From Takakia lepidozioides (Eukaryota; Plantae; Bryophyta): a stretch of DNA of 64,000 bases. Both the position numbers and the translations under genes were made by a program. Of this stretch, positions 52,120-64,000 are shown piece by piece. The notes under the pieces were generated by a model. That model was given only the letters and a program-made list of their open reading frames with translations, was not told where the DNA came from and made no database searches. The stretch lies in the NCBI GenBank assembly GCA_030704615.1, contig CM060733.1:66402001-66466000 (forward strand), written 5' to 3'. Numbering within the stretch: the first letter of the stretch is position 1; the number at the start of each line of letters is the position of its first letter.

Positions 52120-53420
52120 TGGGTGCGGCACGCACTCAGTTTTGAGGGGAGCTCTATCACTTCCATTGTAGGCCGAGATGAATAAGTAAGTCTTAGAGGC
52201 AGCAGGATTTGAAACGGAAGCGTGAGAGGGACACGGGGAAACTGAGTGCGGTGGCACACTCATTTCAACTGGATGTTGGGCGATCGCTTGGGCAATAGGG
52301 AAAGAGGAAGGTGATGTTCACAGTTTAGGTCCAAGAGACAGTGGAGTGGTCACCCTGAACTGAGTGCGCCACCGCACTCAATTTCTGAGCTCCATGGAAT
52401 CATTGAGTTGCTATTGACTGAGGTAAACGATAGATAGAAAGTACGTTTATTCCATAGTGAGATCTCTTATGAGTTCTGAGAATCACATTAAGTCTAACCT
52501 GGAAACTGAGTGCGTTGGTGCACACAGTTTAGAGGTGCGATCGACAATATTTTTGGACAGACATGAAGACCCCAATGAACTCAAAATAGAAGTAGGCAGA
52601 CAGAATGGATGGCTCCTAGAACTGAGTGCGCCACCGCACTCAGTTTCGGATCACCTTATAATGGTCAGTTTGCTTATGAGAGAGGTGAAACAAAAGTTAG
52701 AAAGTGTGTTTCATTCAAAGTGAGATCTCTTTTGAGTTTTCAGATAGACATAAACGATAACCTTGAAACTGAGTGCGGTGGCGCATTCAGTTCTGAGGTG
52801 AGGTCGACCATCTTTGTGGACAGAGGTAAAGACCCTGGTGTGCTCGCAAGAGAAAGCAGGATAGAGTGGAGGGCTCCCAGAAATGAGTGCGCCACCGCAC
52901 TCAGTTTTTTGATCACTTGTAGATGGTTGATTTGATGATGTCTGAGATGAACTACAAAGTGAAAATGATTGTGGAAATTGGAAAGCATTCTTTTTTAGTT
53001 ATGGGGCGAACATCAGAACACCCTGGAAACTGAGTGTGGTGGCGCACTCAGTTTTAACAGTGGATTCACAGATATTTGAAAACAGTATGTAAGTCGAAGT
53101 TGATTTGGAATCCGGTTTTTAACTGAATATATATTTGTACAGTTTTGAGCGTGGTGGCGCACTCAGTTTCTGCCTCTAGAATGAAGCACACAATGTGGAA
53201 GAGGAAGTGACAAAGGAGCCATTGACTGAGTAGAGATGGAGTGCCTGCAATGAACATGATTTCATAGATGTCATGGAAGATGTCCAAGAAATGAGTGCAC
53301 CACCGCACTCATTTCCGGTTGACAGGAAAGGAGGGTTATGTGTGTAGTTTTGGAGAACTGATGTTTGTATGTTCCGATCCTTTGTCAGTCTCGAAAGTGA
53401 GTGCGCCACCGCACTCAATT
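52120..53420. repeat. Subfamily B palindrome array AACTGAGTGCG-N4-CGCACTCAGTT, about every 120-130 bp
   Basis: About 11 copies, perfect arms at 52620-52645. Further copies at ~41415-41437, 55341-55370 and 55482-55507. Confidence 0.9.
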
Positions 53421-53543
53421 CTTGTAGGTGCCAGATCAGGAAAATGTAGCTGTGGAATGATGGAAAGGCTGTAATTGCGGGAGGTGCAGGGGAGGAAAAG
53501 AAAAGGATTGCAGCCTGAGAAGTAGCAGCAGCAAGAGGAGGCA

Positions 53544-55250
53544 GTGACTGAGAAGCCTATTGAAGAAGACGATCCTTTCTACGAAGAAAGAGCGGCAAAG
53601 GTCCTCGTGTACCAGAAGGTCAATTCCGCGCAGGTGATCAAGTCTATGCAGGTACCTGGAGGCAAGATTATGATCCCTCTCTGCCGCCTAATATCAATGC
53701 CAATCGTTCAACCTGCCCTGACCGGGGATGTGTCCAAGTTGGAGCAAGATTTTAGTCACGGATACATAGAGGGGTCTCCAGTGTTTTACGTGTCCTTGTG
53801 CGATGCCAGTGGATAGGAGGTCTTGGTGGACGAGTCAATTGTGAAAAGCTGGGATCCAATATGGCGAGAAGTAAACGAGGAGTTTGAAGCCCAGATTTCG
53901 AGGAGACTGTCCACACAGGTGTTCTCCGGGAAAATGTTTCATATTTGGGATGGCAATCACCGCTTCATGGCCTGGATGAACGTCATAAACAAATATCACA
54001 GCACAGACGACGACTGGCACTACCTTGTGGCATCCATGGTGCTGGATCCGAAAGGAAACGTCACAACACTTCTGACGGCTATGCATGACATCAACAAGTA
54101 AGTATAATGCTCACCCTTCATGCCATCAGAATTCTCCGATTTGTTCTGTCTGTTTTGTATTTCCTGGTGAAGGAGGAAGTCATAGTGTTTGTGTGGGACT
54201 GCAGGGGAACCAAAAGTGCACATGTGACGACGAATTTGGTCCACACTCTATTCAGGATACAGAACGTGGGCCAAATGCCACTGGTCACCTTCAAAAACCT
54301 TATCAGTGCTGAGGCTTACAAGAAGTGCGAGACCTCCAAATCCGCCGACACATGGTACAAGCTCACCAGGGAGGCTTTCTGTGACTACATGTACGCTGTA
54401 AGTATTCCTTCCCTAGCTCTGTCTACTTGTTCATTCATAAAACCAGTTGACTAATTAGTTGTATACTGGAATGTTCAGCAAGAGATTGCGGAGGCTGGAG
54501 AGAAAGGGAAAGCAGAGTACTATGCCAAAAAAGACCCAAGGGAGCGATCCTCAAAAGGAGTGGAAGAATCTATGAACAAGGAGATGGAGGTGGCGAAGAG
54601 GCACTACATGAGCGCATTCGTGAAACAACTCAGAATAGCCAACCTTGCTTTTGGCCCAGAGTTCTTGAATCAGGTCAGGATCCACTGGAACGTGAACACC
54701 AAGCCCGAAATGATGCAGGAGAAGCTTCATCACCTGTCCACTGCCGTAGTGGAGCCAGAGGTGAAAGTGAAATGGCTTGAGATTTGGAACGCCGACCCGA
54801 CAGTGAAAGATAACAATTGCTTAAGAGTGAGAAGAACAAGGAAACAGGAGTCATAAAGCAATTCAGTGACCATGTTCTTGATATGTGGCTGCACAAAGCC
54901 ACGTACTGGGCACAGGTTTTTTCCTCTCCCCTTTCCATTTCCACTGCAAATCTGCATTGCACCGGGAAAAGTCACTTACTCTTCTTAAACATCTTTTCTC
55001 TGAATTGTAGAACTGTTCTTGCGTAGATAGAGGCTTGGGCACAGCTGGTGCTGGAGAAGCAGCTGAACAATTACAAGATAACTATGACTCCACCGACGGA
55101 TACTCTAGAAGACTACGTCCGCCAGTGGAAAGCAGCTTGCTTCGGCACTTGCTTCTTCAGGGAGTTCGCCAAAGAGGGAGGCATCTCGCGCACTAACGAC
55201 TTCGAGCAGCAGCATGGATCAGAACAGGCCATGAAGAGGGTTCTATACAG
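53544..55250 (+). pseudogene. Accessory gene B (ParB/Srx-like), diverged paralog; possible first exon 51663-52036; truncated by a CACTA end at 55508
   Basis: IMIPLCRLISMPIVQPALTGDVSKLEQDFSHGY..MFHIWDGNHRFMAW..AMHDIN|gt; TTNLVHTLFRI; TLEDYVRQW..VLYR|gt. Shares intron positions with A. TAG at 53814. Confidence 0.85.
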
Positions 55251-55507
55251 GTTCGTCTTGACACTCTTTTTCCACCCTTCTTTCCTGTCTCGCGAAGTTT
55301 TGATTTCGTTGCAGCCTTGCTCTTTTGAATAAACAGTCCCAAAACTGTGTGCGCTGACGCACTCAGTAAAGGGGTGGGCACTTCTGTGTCTCCCAAGCTT
55401 TCATTCTACATACGAATATCCGATCCTGTACTGAACCACACTTGCCCTGGCTTGTAAGTAGGGCCTGGGTGGACAGACCAAAAATTGAGTGTGCTGGCGC
55501 ACACAGT

Positions 55508-55529
55508 CACTACTACGTTTGGGAGGGAG

Positions 55530-55560
<31 letters not shown>

Positions 55561-58094
55561 TAGCGATGCCTCAGCGACCTCCAAACGTCGCGCCTAGTGA
55601 TGAAAATACACTACAGTGCCCGGGGCGCGCCGGGGACAAATTGCGACGTCGGGAAGTCGCCGCCATGTCGCTCCCGGAACGTCGCAGATTAGCGACCTCA
55701 GGGAATCGCTAATCCCCCGGGTCCACCTAGCCACGACCAGCGACGGCCAAAAGACGCCGCCCCTCCGGGGCGTCGCAATATGGCGACTCCCAGGAGTCGC
55801 AACAAAGGGCAGGGAGGGGGGTCCATCCCTTCCCCTGCGTCATGGGGCCGTTGCAAGGACGTCGCCCATTCCCAGAATAAGCCACGCGGTGGCGTCGCCA
55901 AAACGTCGCAACCTGGTGACGCCCGGGAATCGCCATGACGTCGCCGCCATTTGGGGGCGTTGCTAGACCCCCATGGGTAAGGAGGTTCTGTAGCGACGCC
56001 CGGGAATTGCAAGGACGTCGCAGCCCCCGGGGGCCGTTGCTAGCTCCATGGGAGGGCACGTTCGTGTGCGACTCCCTGGAGTCGCCACAACGACGCAGCC
56101 CCTTCGTGGCGTCGCTAGCTCCATGTTGGCGGGGAATCGCAACGGCGTCGCTAGTCGCACCCGGCCGTCTCGCCGGCGTCGCTGGGTGGGAGGGTAGCCA
56201 GCTGGTATTGGGGTGGGGTTTTGGGGTTTTTTTTCGTTTTGGGGGGGGGGGGGGGGGGGGTTGGGGTTTTCTTGGGGGATGGGGTGTGCCTCGTGCTTGC
56301 ATGAAATGCATGCATTCTAATCTATAGGTTAGATTAGAATCCACATGTCCATTAAGGTTAGAATGAGGATCGAAATGGTAACTGAAGAAATATATACATA
56401 AAGCAAGTACTACCTTTACATGTCTCTAATTGGGGAACCATCCCTCACTCCTCATCACCTGAGTCATAGGTGTACTCGTCCGAGGAATGCAAGCTACGCT
56501 GGGCCTCCAATTTGGAGGATGATGAGGCCGAGTCCGAGATTACATCATCCTTCGAACCACCCCCTACTACTGGCTCTCCCCCATCCGGCCGAGCCACTGA
56601 ACTACCCATCCCCACCCCTACAGATGCACTATCCTCCGTCAATTGTGGCGTCTTGGCCATTGAGGCTACAAGGGCCTTCCACCGCTGAGTCTTGCAAAAG
56701 TTGTGCTCGATGGCGGAGGGAGGCCTCTCAAACTTCTTTTTCTGCACATGACATACAAATGCAATGACAGGTCAGAATTCATAATGGAAGGGAGAAGCTA
56801 AAAAAGAAGAATGGGTATGACAAGAGAAAGAACACTTACGAATCGGCTGACAAAAATCTTGCTTCCGCCGGGGCCCCACTTGTGTGTTGATTCCGCACAC
56901 TTCTCGAGGTGGGCTGCAGTTGCCGCACGTCCCCTTGCGAAGATCTCCGCCTTCAGCTCTTCCCTCTCCCCTGCGATGAGAGCCTCAGCCCCAACAAAGA
57001 CACTATAAATGTTAATGAACTCCATACCGCAATGAACATGCATTCAAAGACACCAATGACAACTGAAGTGCGTCTTACCTTGGTTATTCCATGTGGCATG
57101 GTCGTTGGTTCGACCCCCGCCTTGAGTGCCTTGCAAATGGTTTGTCGCGCACGGTACCTCTTGTCCTTGAGGTTCTTTCCCACCAACTCCAAGAGCTTCC
57201 CCTCATTCCACTCACCCGGAAATGTGCTCTCAAGTGCTTGCACGAATGCTCGCATATGGCGATGTGATTGGCGTGGCCAATCAATATGCCAAGGGAACCA
57301 CCTCGCCGCCAAGTCGAAGGCTACTTTTTTCATGGCCTCCTAATACTCATCAATGGGGTCACCAACCTTATTGGTCTCTAAGGTGGGCACCTTCATCTTT
57401 GGCAAATCAAGGTTGCGGGGCCCGAGGTCTTTACCTCGTCCACGCTCTTCTAAACTACCTCTCCCTTGTCTTTTGTTGCCCCTCTAATGCCCTCCACCGG
57501 CTGCACTCGCTCATTGAACTAGCTCCCCCTTGTCTTTTTGTTCCCCCATAGTTCCTCCGGTACACCTCTCGCTTCTACGCCTCTTTCTCTTACGCTCCCT
57601 CTCCTGGCCTGTCCTTTCCCCTTCCCTCCACTATTCCTACCCTCCTTGATGATTAGGGGAACCTCGAGGACACGCGTCTCTTTTCTCTTCCTCTTACCAT
57701 CCCCACGGGTAGGCACCACCACGTCCCTACTCTGTCGGTGGCAATCCCACTGCTTGCCACAAGCTTAGCCACGATGCGCCAAGCTCCTGAACACAAAACC
57801 CAAAAAATTAGAAGAAAAAACCAGAAACAAAATGAAGGCAAAGGAAAGAAAAAAAAAGGTGTAAGTAAGAAAGAGGCTCACTTTGCGTCCATGACCCAAT
57901 GTTGCCCTCGGTCCCGCTTGTGGGTGCACCCCATAACGCTCCTCTCGGAATAAGGGTGGAAGCCTATCCCATGCCCAATAGGCTCACAGGCGGCGCCCCA
58001 CCAAGTCCAGGGTCTTCTTCATTGGACCGTTCAGGCGACGGACTTCGAAAGGGGCCTCCATAGCCAGTGTCCCCCTCTCCCTCTGCCCCCCCTC
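55508..58094 (-). mobile_element. CACTA element end with GCGAC/GTCGC subterminal repeats (55560-56185) and a spliced TnpA/Ptta-like gene remnant (~56445-57720, minus strand)
   Basis: CACTACTACG at 55508; many GCGAC-n-GTCGC pairs; exon-like ORFs ..LKDKRYRARQ..HGITK|gt and ..STHKWGPGGSK.. (HxxGxGG). Confidence 0.6.
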
Positions 58095-58594
58095 NNNNNN
58101 NNNNNNNNNNNNNNNNNNNNNNNNNNNNNNNNNNNNNNNNNNNNNNNNNNNNNNNNNNNNNNNNNNNNNNNNNNNNNNNNNNNNNNNNNNNNNNNNNNNN
58201 NNNNNNNNNNNNNNNNNNNNNNNNNNNNNNNNNNNNNNNNNNNNNNNNNNNNNNNNNNNNNNNNNNNNNNNNNNNNNNNNNNNNNNNNNNNNNNNNNNNN
58301 NNNNNNNNNNNNNNNNNNNNNNNNNNNNNNNNNNNNNNNNNNNNNNNNNNNNNNNNNNNNNNNNNNNNNNNNNNNNNNNNNNNNNNNNNNNNNNNNNNNN
58401 NNNNNNNNNNNNNNNNNNNNNNNNNNNNNNNNNNNNNNNNNNNNNNNNNNNNNNNNNNNNNNNNNNNNNNNNNNNNNNNNNNNNNNNNNNNNNNNNNNNN
58501 NNNNNNNNNNNNNNNNNNNNNNNNNNNNNNNNNNNNNNNNNNNNNNNNNNNNNNNNNNNNNNNNNNNNNNNNNNNNNNNNNNNNNNNNNNNNNN
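58095..58594. other. Assembly gap (500 N)
   Basis: Run of N. Confidence 1.
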
Positions 58595-59670
58595 CGGAAA
58601 TGTGTAACTGCATTTCCGTTCATCAACTGCGGTATGTGAAGGGGGAACGGAAATGCGGTACCGTATTTCGATTCAGATTGAAAATCATGAACCACGGGAA
58701 CTGAAATGTTGTGCCGCATTTCCGTCCGAATCGCACCTTTCGACATTCCTGAACGGAAATGCGGCGCCGCATTTCCCTTTTGTATCTCATACATGGAGCT
58801 GTGGGACGGAATTGCGGCACCGTATTTCTGTTCAACAACTAAGGTATGTGAAGGTGGAACTGAAATGCGGTGCCGCATTTTCTTCCAACAAGTACGGATG
58901 TGTAGCTTGGTGATGGTACTTAACGGAAATGCGGCGCCGCATTCGTATTTTCACTCCAACTCATCAGACGCTGGGACGGAAATGCCTTGAAATGTGAACA
59001 CGTGGAGCAACGGAATTGCGGCACATGTCTGCACTCTATCTGACTGAAGTGGCATGAGGCGGCGCGGCCTGACCGTTGGATAATGATGTTTGTTTTTCGG
59101 ACGGCAGGCGTACCCTGAACGATTCGAATTTCGTAATGACGCAAAGTCCACGAGGAGACACTTTCGTCCAACCCTTTCGAACCCAAGTGGTGCATCACCG
59201 TCGTTTCATCTACTTTTGTCGTGTCTCCTCAGTCACCCCTCTCGCGCCCTTTCCATCTGCACTCTTTGCCCCTTTTCCCTGTCTCTGTTCTTCTTAGGCT
59301 CGAACCTGAGAGGGGGGGATTTCGTGCACTATACAGGAGACCTCGTCGCAAGCTCCGAAAATTATACTTCGGACGTAGGCCAATGCCGAAGGGGAGGAAG
59401 CAGATGCGTCTACAGGAGGAGATTGCCATCTCCGAGCAGCAGGCCACTCAGGCAACGCAGCCACCAATGAGAGCTCCATGCGATCGGGCTGCGTGCAGCT
59501 GATCGAGCACCGAACCCCCCATTTTGCTTCTGTAATTCTTAGACTGAATGCTAGGAGACTTGAATGCAAAACATGTTTGCATGCCTAACAGGAAAGGTGG
59601 ACGTGCTGGAGGGATCGCAGGAATCCGAAGAGCCGCAGGAAGAGTCCGAGGAGCTAGCTGCAGCACGTAC
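58595..59670 (+). mobile_element. Subfamily C fragment: GGAAATGCGGCGCCGCATTTCC array + first exon of the accessory gene; interrupted by G3
   Basis: Perfect 22-bp palindrome at 58755-58776 plus about 8 variants. ORF 59221-59502 RRPRRKLRKLYFGRRPMPKGRKQMRLQEEI matches A exon 1 SRPRRKLKALYYGRRPISRMAKLKLQQEI. Confidence 0.75.
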
Positions 59671-62600
59671 TGTCGCGGCCCTTTGCCTTGAGGGCAGGGA
59701 GGTCGGGACACAAGAGGGGCTGCCCCTGTGGTGGGGGCAGTGGCAACAATAGGTACGGGGGCTGAAGCACCCTTGAGTGCCCAAGGCACTCAAGGAGGCG
59801 GAGGCGCTCACTAGGTGGAGCCCCGCACACCGGGTTGCGGTGGGGGTGGCTCCACAAGGGGTGGTGGTAGCTTAGCGGGACTTAGTGGGGGTGGCATAGG
59901 ACTCACCATGGGGGCAGAGACCTCGTGGTGGGAGTCGTGGGGAGTCTTGGGACTCATCACGGTCCATAGGGGCCGTGGTGAGCGGGCCAAGACTCACCGC
60001 GACTCATCACCGGGAGTCGAGGGTTTTCGTGGTGGTTCGCCATAAAATGGCATGGCTGGTTGTGAAACCCCCGTGGACAGCTACATAAGTATATATAAGG
60101 GGAGTAGTGACCCCGAGAACGGTGCAAGCCCGTTGGTGACCAAAAACTAGTGAGTAAGCGAGCGAGCCGGAAAGCGACCAAAGAGTGGGGAACTGTTCCG
60201 GACTGCCATCTACCAAAGGGAATTCTCCTAGGCCCAAATAGGTTGAGGGTTTAGTGGGAAGCGAAGGGGGGACCGTTATGTCCCGGTGAGCAGCCAAAGC
60301 TCCAAGTTGGCCCGGGCGGCCAGGTTGGGAGTCAGGCGCGCGCATCAAAGCGAGTAACTATGACTTGAAGGGGAGCTTACCGAAGTGGGGTGCGCGACAC
60401 TTGGTATCAGAGCTTAGAGTTCAGTACGCGATCGTCCTTGGGATTGGCCTCATCATGGGGTCGGGCAAGCCGAAGCGAAAGCGGAACGGCCCAAAAGATG
60501 ATGATCCCGGTGAGCCCGATGGGGGCGGCGTGTCACCGAGGCGGCCGTTTGAGGAAGCGATGCATGTTTCCGAAAACAAGGCCGCCCAAGAGCGAGAGGA
60601 ATCCGAGGAGTCGGAGCCCGAGGAATCCTTGAGAGCTCCGACAAACCAAGAGATGCCTCCCATGCCGGCAGCCTTTTGGGAAGGGTTGTTGGCGCAGTTT
60701 GGCGGGACGTTGAAAGACGTGTTGAAGGCGGCTAATGCCACTTTTGCTAAGGCAAAGTTTAAGGTGAAGCCTAAGGAACCCGGCACCTTCGAGGGCGTCC
60801 AAAATCGGAAGGCACTCAACACCTGGCTCTTGGAGCTAGAGCAGTACTTCCGGGCGGCCAAGTTGAGTGACGAGGATCGGGTGGAAGTGGCTCCCACCTA
60901 TTTGAGGGGCTATGCTCAACAATGGTGGCAGAAACGCCTTCACGACCGAGGTCCAAGCCTGGAAACCTTGAACTGGAGTGGGTTCAAGGAATTGATGAAG
61001 AGACAGTTTGTGCCCCTCAACGCGTCCTGGCTTGCCCGGGACAAGATGAGGAATTTGAAGCAAACAGATGACATTCGGGGGTATGTCCAGGCTTTCAATG
61101 TGCTGTTGCTCGAAGTCGCGGACATGGCAGAACCAGAAATGGTCTTCAACTTTGTGGCGGGACTAGCCCCATGGGCCAGGCAGAAGTTGGAGGAGAAGCC
61201 ACCCAAGACTTTGAACGAGGCTATTGAGAGGGCTGAATGTTTCTCAGATGTCCCTAGGGGTGAAAGACAAGGCCGTACGAAGTTGAACCACAAGAAGATT
61301 TGGCGGGAAGGTGACTCCTTCTGACCGGAAAAGAAGTGGGATAGGCCACGCAGCGAAAATGGCACGTGGAAATCGAAGGGAGGGCCTTCACACGTCAAGG
61401 CGGCACCCGGAGCTTCGAAAGGAAAAGCGGGTGGAACGGCTTATGGCGGACAGAAGGCGACCTTTGATGGAGTGTGTTTCAATTGCGGGGAGCCCGGGCA
61501 CATGGCCAAAAAGTGCACGAAGCCCCGGCAATTGAACATGACTCGGGCGACCACGGAGCTGTCGGAAGATACCATCAGTCGCTTGGTGGAAGCGGTGGTC
61601 GCCAGGACTTGCAAGGTAGGCAAATTTTCTTGTGAGTTGTATCAGGAAACTGACGCCTTACGAAAAGGGAGTCAGTTATTGTTCGTGGATGGGATAATAT
61701 CCGGAACTAATGTGTCGTTGTTGGTGGACACAGGAGCGTCGCACTCCTTCATGACACCGGCAACGGCACAAAAGCTGGGACTCCCGACAAGTGACGTGGG
61801 GGCCTCTATTGAGGTGCGTTCTGCCAAAGGAGAACCACAGTTGGCGACAAGGTTGGCAATTGATGTTCCTCTTCAACTGGGGAGTTAGGAGGGACGTGAG
61901 AACTTCACCATTTGCGAGATCAATGGAGTGGACCTCATTTTGGGGATGACCTTTTTGAGCAAATCCGGAGCGGTCATAGATGGCCGCAAGAGAGTAGTCA
62001 CGCTGCCATGTGGGAATGGTGGCGAGGTTTTACAAGTGTCTAAAACGCCCAAATCCGTGGGAGGGCGAATAAACCTTCTGTCAGCAAAGGAGTGGGCCAT
62101 GGAGGAGGCACACGAACCCCAGTTTTTGCTTTACATTAGAGAAGTGAAGGGAGAAGGCGAGGGGGAGCCGAGCCCAGATTGGATCAAGGGGATTTTGGAG
62201 AAATACCAGGATGTGATGCCGGAGGATTTACCAAAGCAGCTTGCCACCGCAAAGAGGAGTTGACCACAAGATTGAGGTGATACCGGGATCGGAACCGCCT
62301 GCCAAGGCGCCCTACCGGTTGAGCCACAAAGAGTTGGTCGAGCTGAAGACTCAGCTCAAGGATCTAATGTCAAAGGGGTACATCCGGCCGAGTAAGTCAC
62401 CTTACGGAGCCCCGGTGCCGCAGACAAGAAGGATGGGACGCTGCGGATGTGTGTCGATTATAGGGCTCTGAATAAGGTGACTATCAAAAACCGGTACCCT
62501 TTGCCAAGGATCGACGACCTCTTCGATCGGTTGGCAGGAGCGAAGTATTTCAGCCGGATCGACTTGCGCTTCGGCTATCATGAAATTCGAGTGGCGGAAG

Positions 62601-64000
62601 GAGATGAGGATAAGACCGCGTGCAGGACAAGGTACGGTTCATATGAGTTCTTGGTGATGCCTTTTGGGCTCACCAATGCACCAGCGACATTTAGCACGCT
62701 AATGAACAGCCTTTTCCAGGAGTGGTTGGATGACTTTGTGATCGTGTACATCGACAACATCTTGGTGTATTCGAAAACAAAGGAGGAGCACCTGGAGCAC
62801 CTAAAAAGGGTGTTCCAAAAATTGAGAGAAGGGAAGCTGTATGCCAAAGCTTCAAAGTGCAAATTCGGGGTCACGAAAGTGGAGTTCTTGGGGCATGTGA
62901 TTACACAGGATGGGATCAAAATGGATGACAGAAAGGTGAGGGCGATCTTGGACTGGGAAGCCTCCGACTTCGGTTCCGGGAGTGCGTTCCTTCCTAGGAC
63001 TCGTCTCCTATTACCGGAAGTATGTGAGAAATTTTGCTAAGATCGCGGGGCCGCTGTCGGACCTTCTGTGTAAATCTAAAGTCTGGGCATGGAACACCTT
63101 TTCTGGCCAAGCTTTTGCTGAATTGAAGCAGCGGATGGCGGAAGCTCCAGTCTTGAAAATCCCGGAGTTCGATCGTCCGTTCGAGATACATACAGATGCG
63201 TCGGACTTCGCGATTGGGGGTGTACTGATGTAAGATGGACGTCCAGTGGCTTACGAAAGTAAGAAATTGAATGAAGTGGAGCGACGGTGGCCGACGCATG
63301 AGAAAGAGATGAAGGCGGTGGTGCACTGTCTTGAGCTTTGGAGCCACTATGTTGGTTCCAACCCAGTGAAGGTGTTCACGGACAATGTCACGGTGAAGTA
63401 TTTTGCCACGCAGCCCAAGTTGTCCCCAAAACAACTTAGGTGGCAAGATACTTTGGCGGTGTTCGACGTGGATATCCAGTACGAACCGGGACGAGACAAC
63501 GTGGTGGCCGATGCTTTAAGTAGAAAGCAGCAGCTCTTGTTGGGCACTTTGGAAGAAGATGGGGACGAGGCTGAAGATGAGCACCGCCTTCCAACCTACG
63601 ACGGACGGCCAAACGGAAAGAGTGAATTCCGTAGTGAAGCAATTCTTGCGATGTGTATGAATTGGAACTGCCGGCAAACAGCAAGGTGCACCCAGTATTC
63701 CATGTCTCCCTTTTGAAGCCTTACTTCAAAGATGAAGCGCGTCCGAATCGGCATCAAGTGTTGCGTCTGCCACCTATGCTGTTGGATCATGAAAATAAAC
63801 CTGAGTACGAGGTGGAGGCAATACTTAAGTCGAGGAGGTTCAGGAACCGAGAAACGGAGTATCTCGTCAAATGGAAGGGCTATCATCATGTGGAGGCATC
63901 TTGGGTGCGTGCCTCAGAAATGGGAAACGCATCCGAGACGGTTGCAGCTTTCGAAGGGCGACCTCAAAAGCGGAAGAAGCGTTGATGGGGACATCAACCT
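59671..64000 (+). mobile_element. Ty3/gypsy chromovirus copy G3 (5' LTR 59671-60399), integrase largely deleted, runs off the window
   Basis: LTR, PBS, gag, PR, RT, RH and chromodomain (stop 63985); deletions at ~63541 and ~63645; multiple stops. Confidence 0.95.

Noticed and set aside
57964-58878. ORFs spanning the gap
   Set aside because: Artefacts of the N run; adjacency across the gap is unverified.

Overview
Eukaryotic, intron-containing, almost entirely transposon-derived window. PLS-type PPR remnants, tRNA-Met-primed chromoviruses and a DNMT-carrying Ty3/gypsy relic suggest a land plant, probably a non-seed plant (inference). The main observation is a family of large two-gene DNA transposons. 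One copy has both ends defined (26357-39168, imperfect ~21-bp TIRs, 8-bp TSD GTGGGGAC). It encodes, divergently, a GCM/WRKY-type Zn finger + Mutator-type DDE + SWIM transposase and a multi-exon protein with a ParB/Srx-like domain (WDGNHR) and a possible C-terminal N4C/N6A-methyltransferase-like region. Arrays of one palindrome (GGAAATTCGGCGCCGAATTTCC) sit at the left end, between the genes and inside an intron. Two diverged subfamilies in the window (B ~41400-55507; C 58595-59670) carry their own different palindromes, and an exon of a fourth paralog is captured inside a gypsy element. The rest comprises three copies of one chromovirus, two 2.2-kb solo-LTR-like inserts, three CACTA ends, a Penelope-like relic, a ~118-bp tandem array and a 500-N gap. 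All coding regions appear pseudogenised. All calls come from manual reading; no database searches were run.
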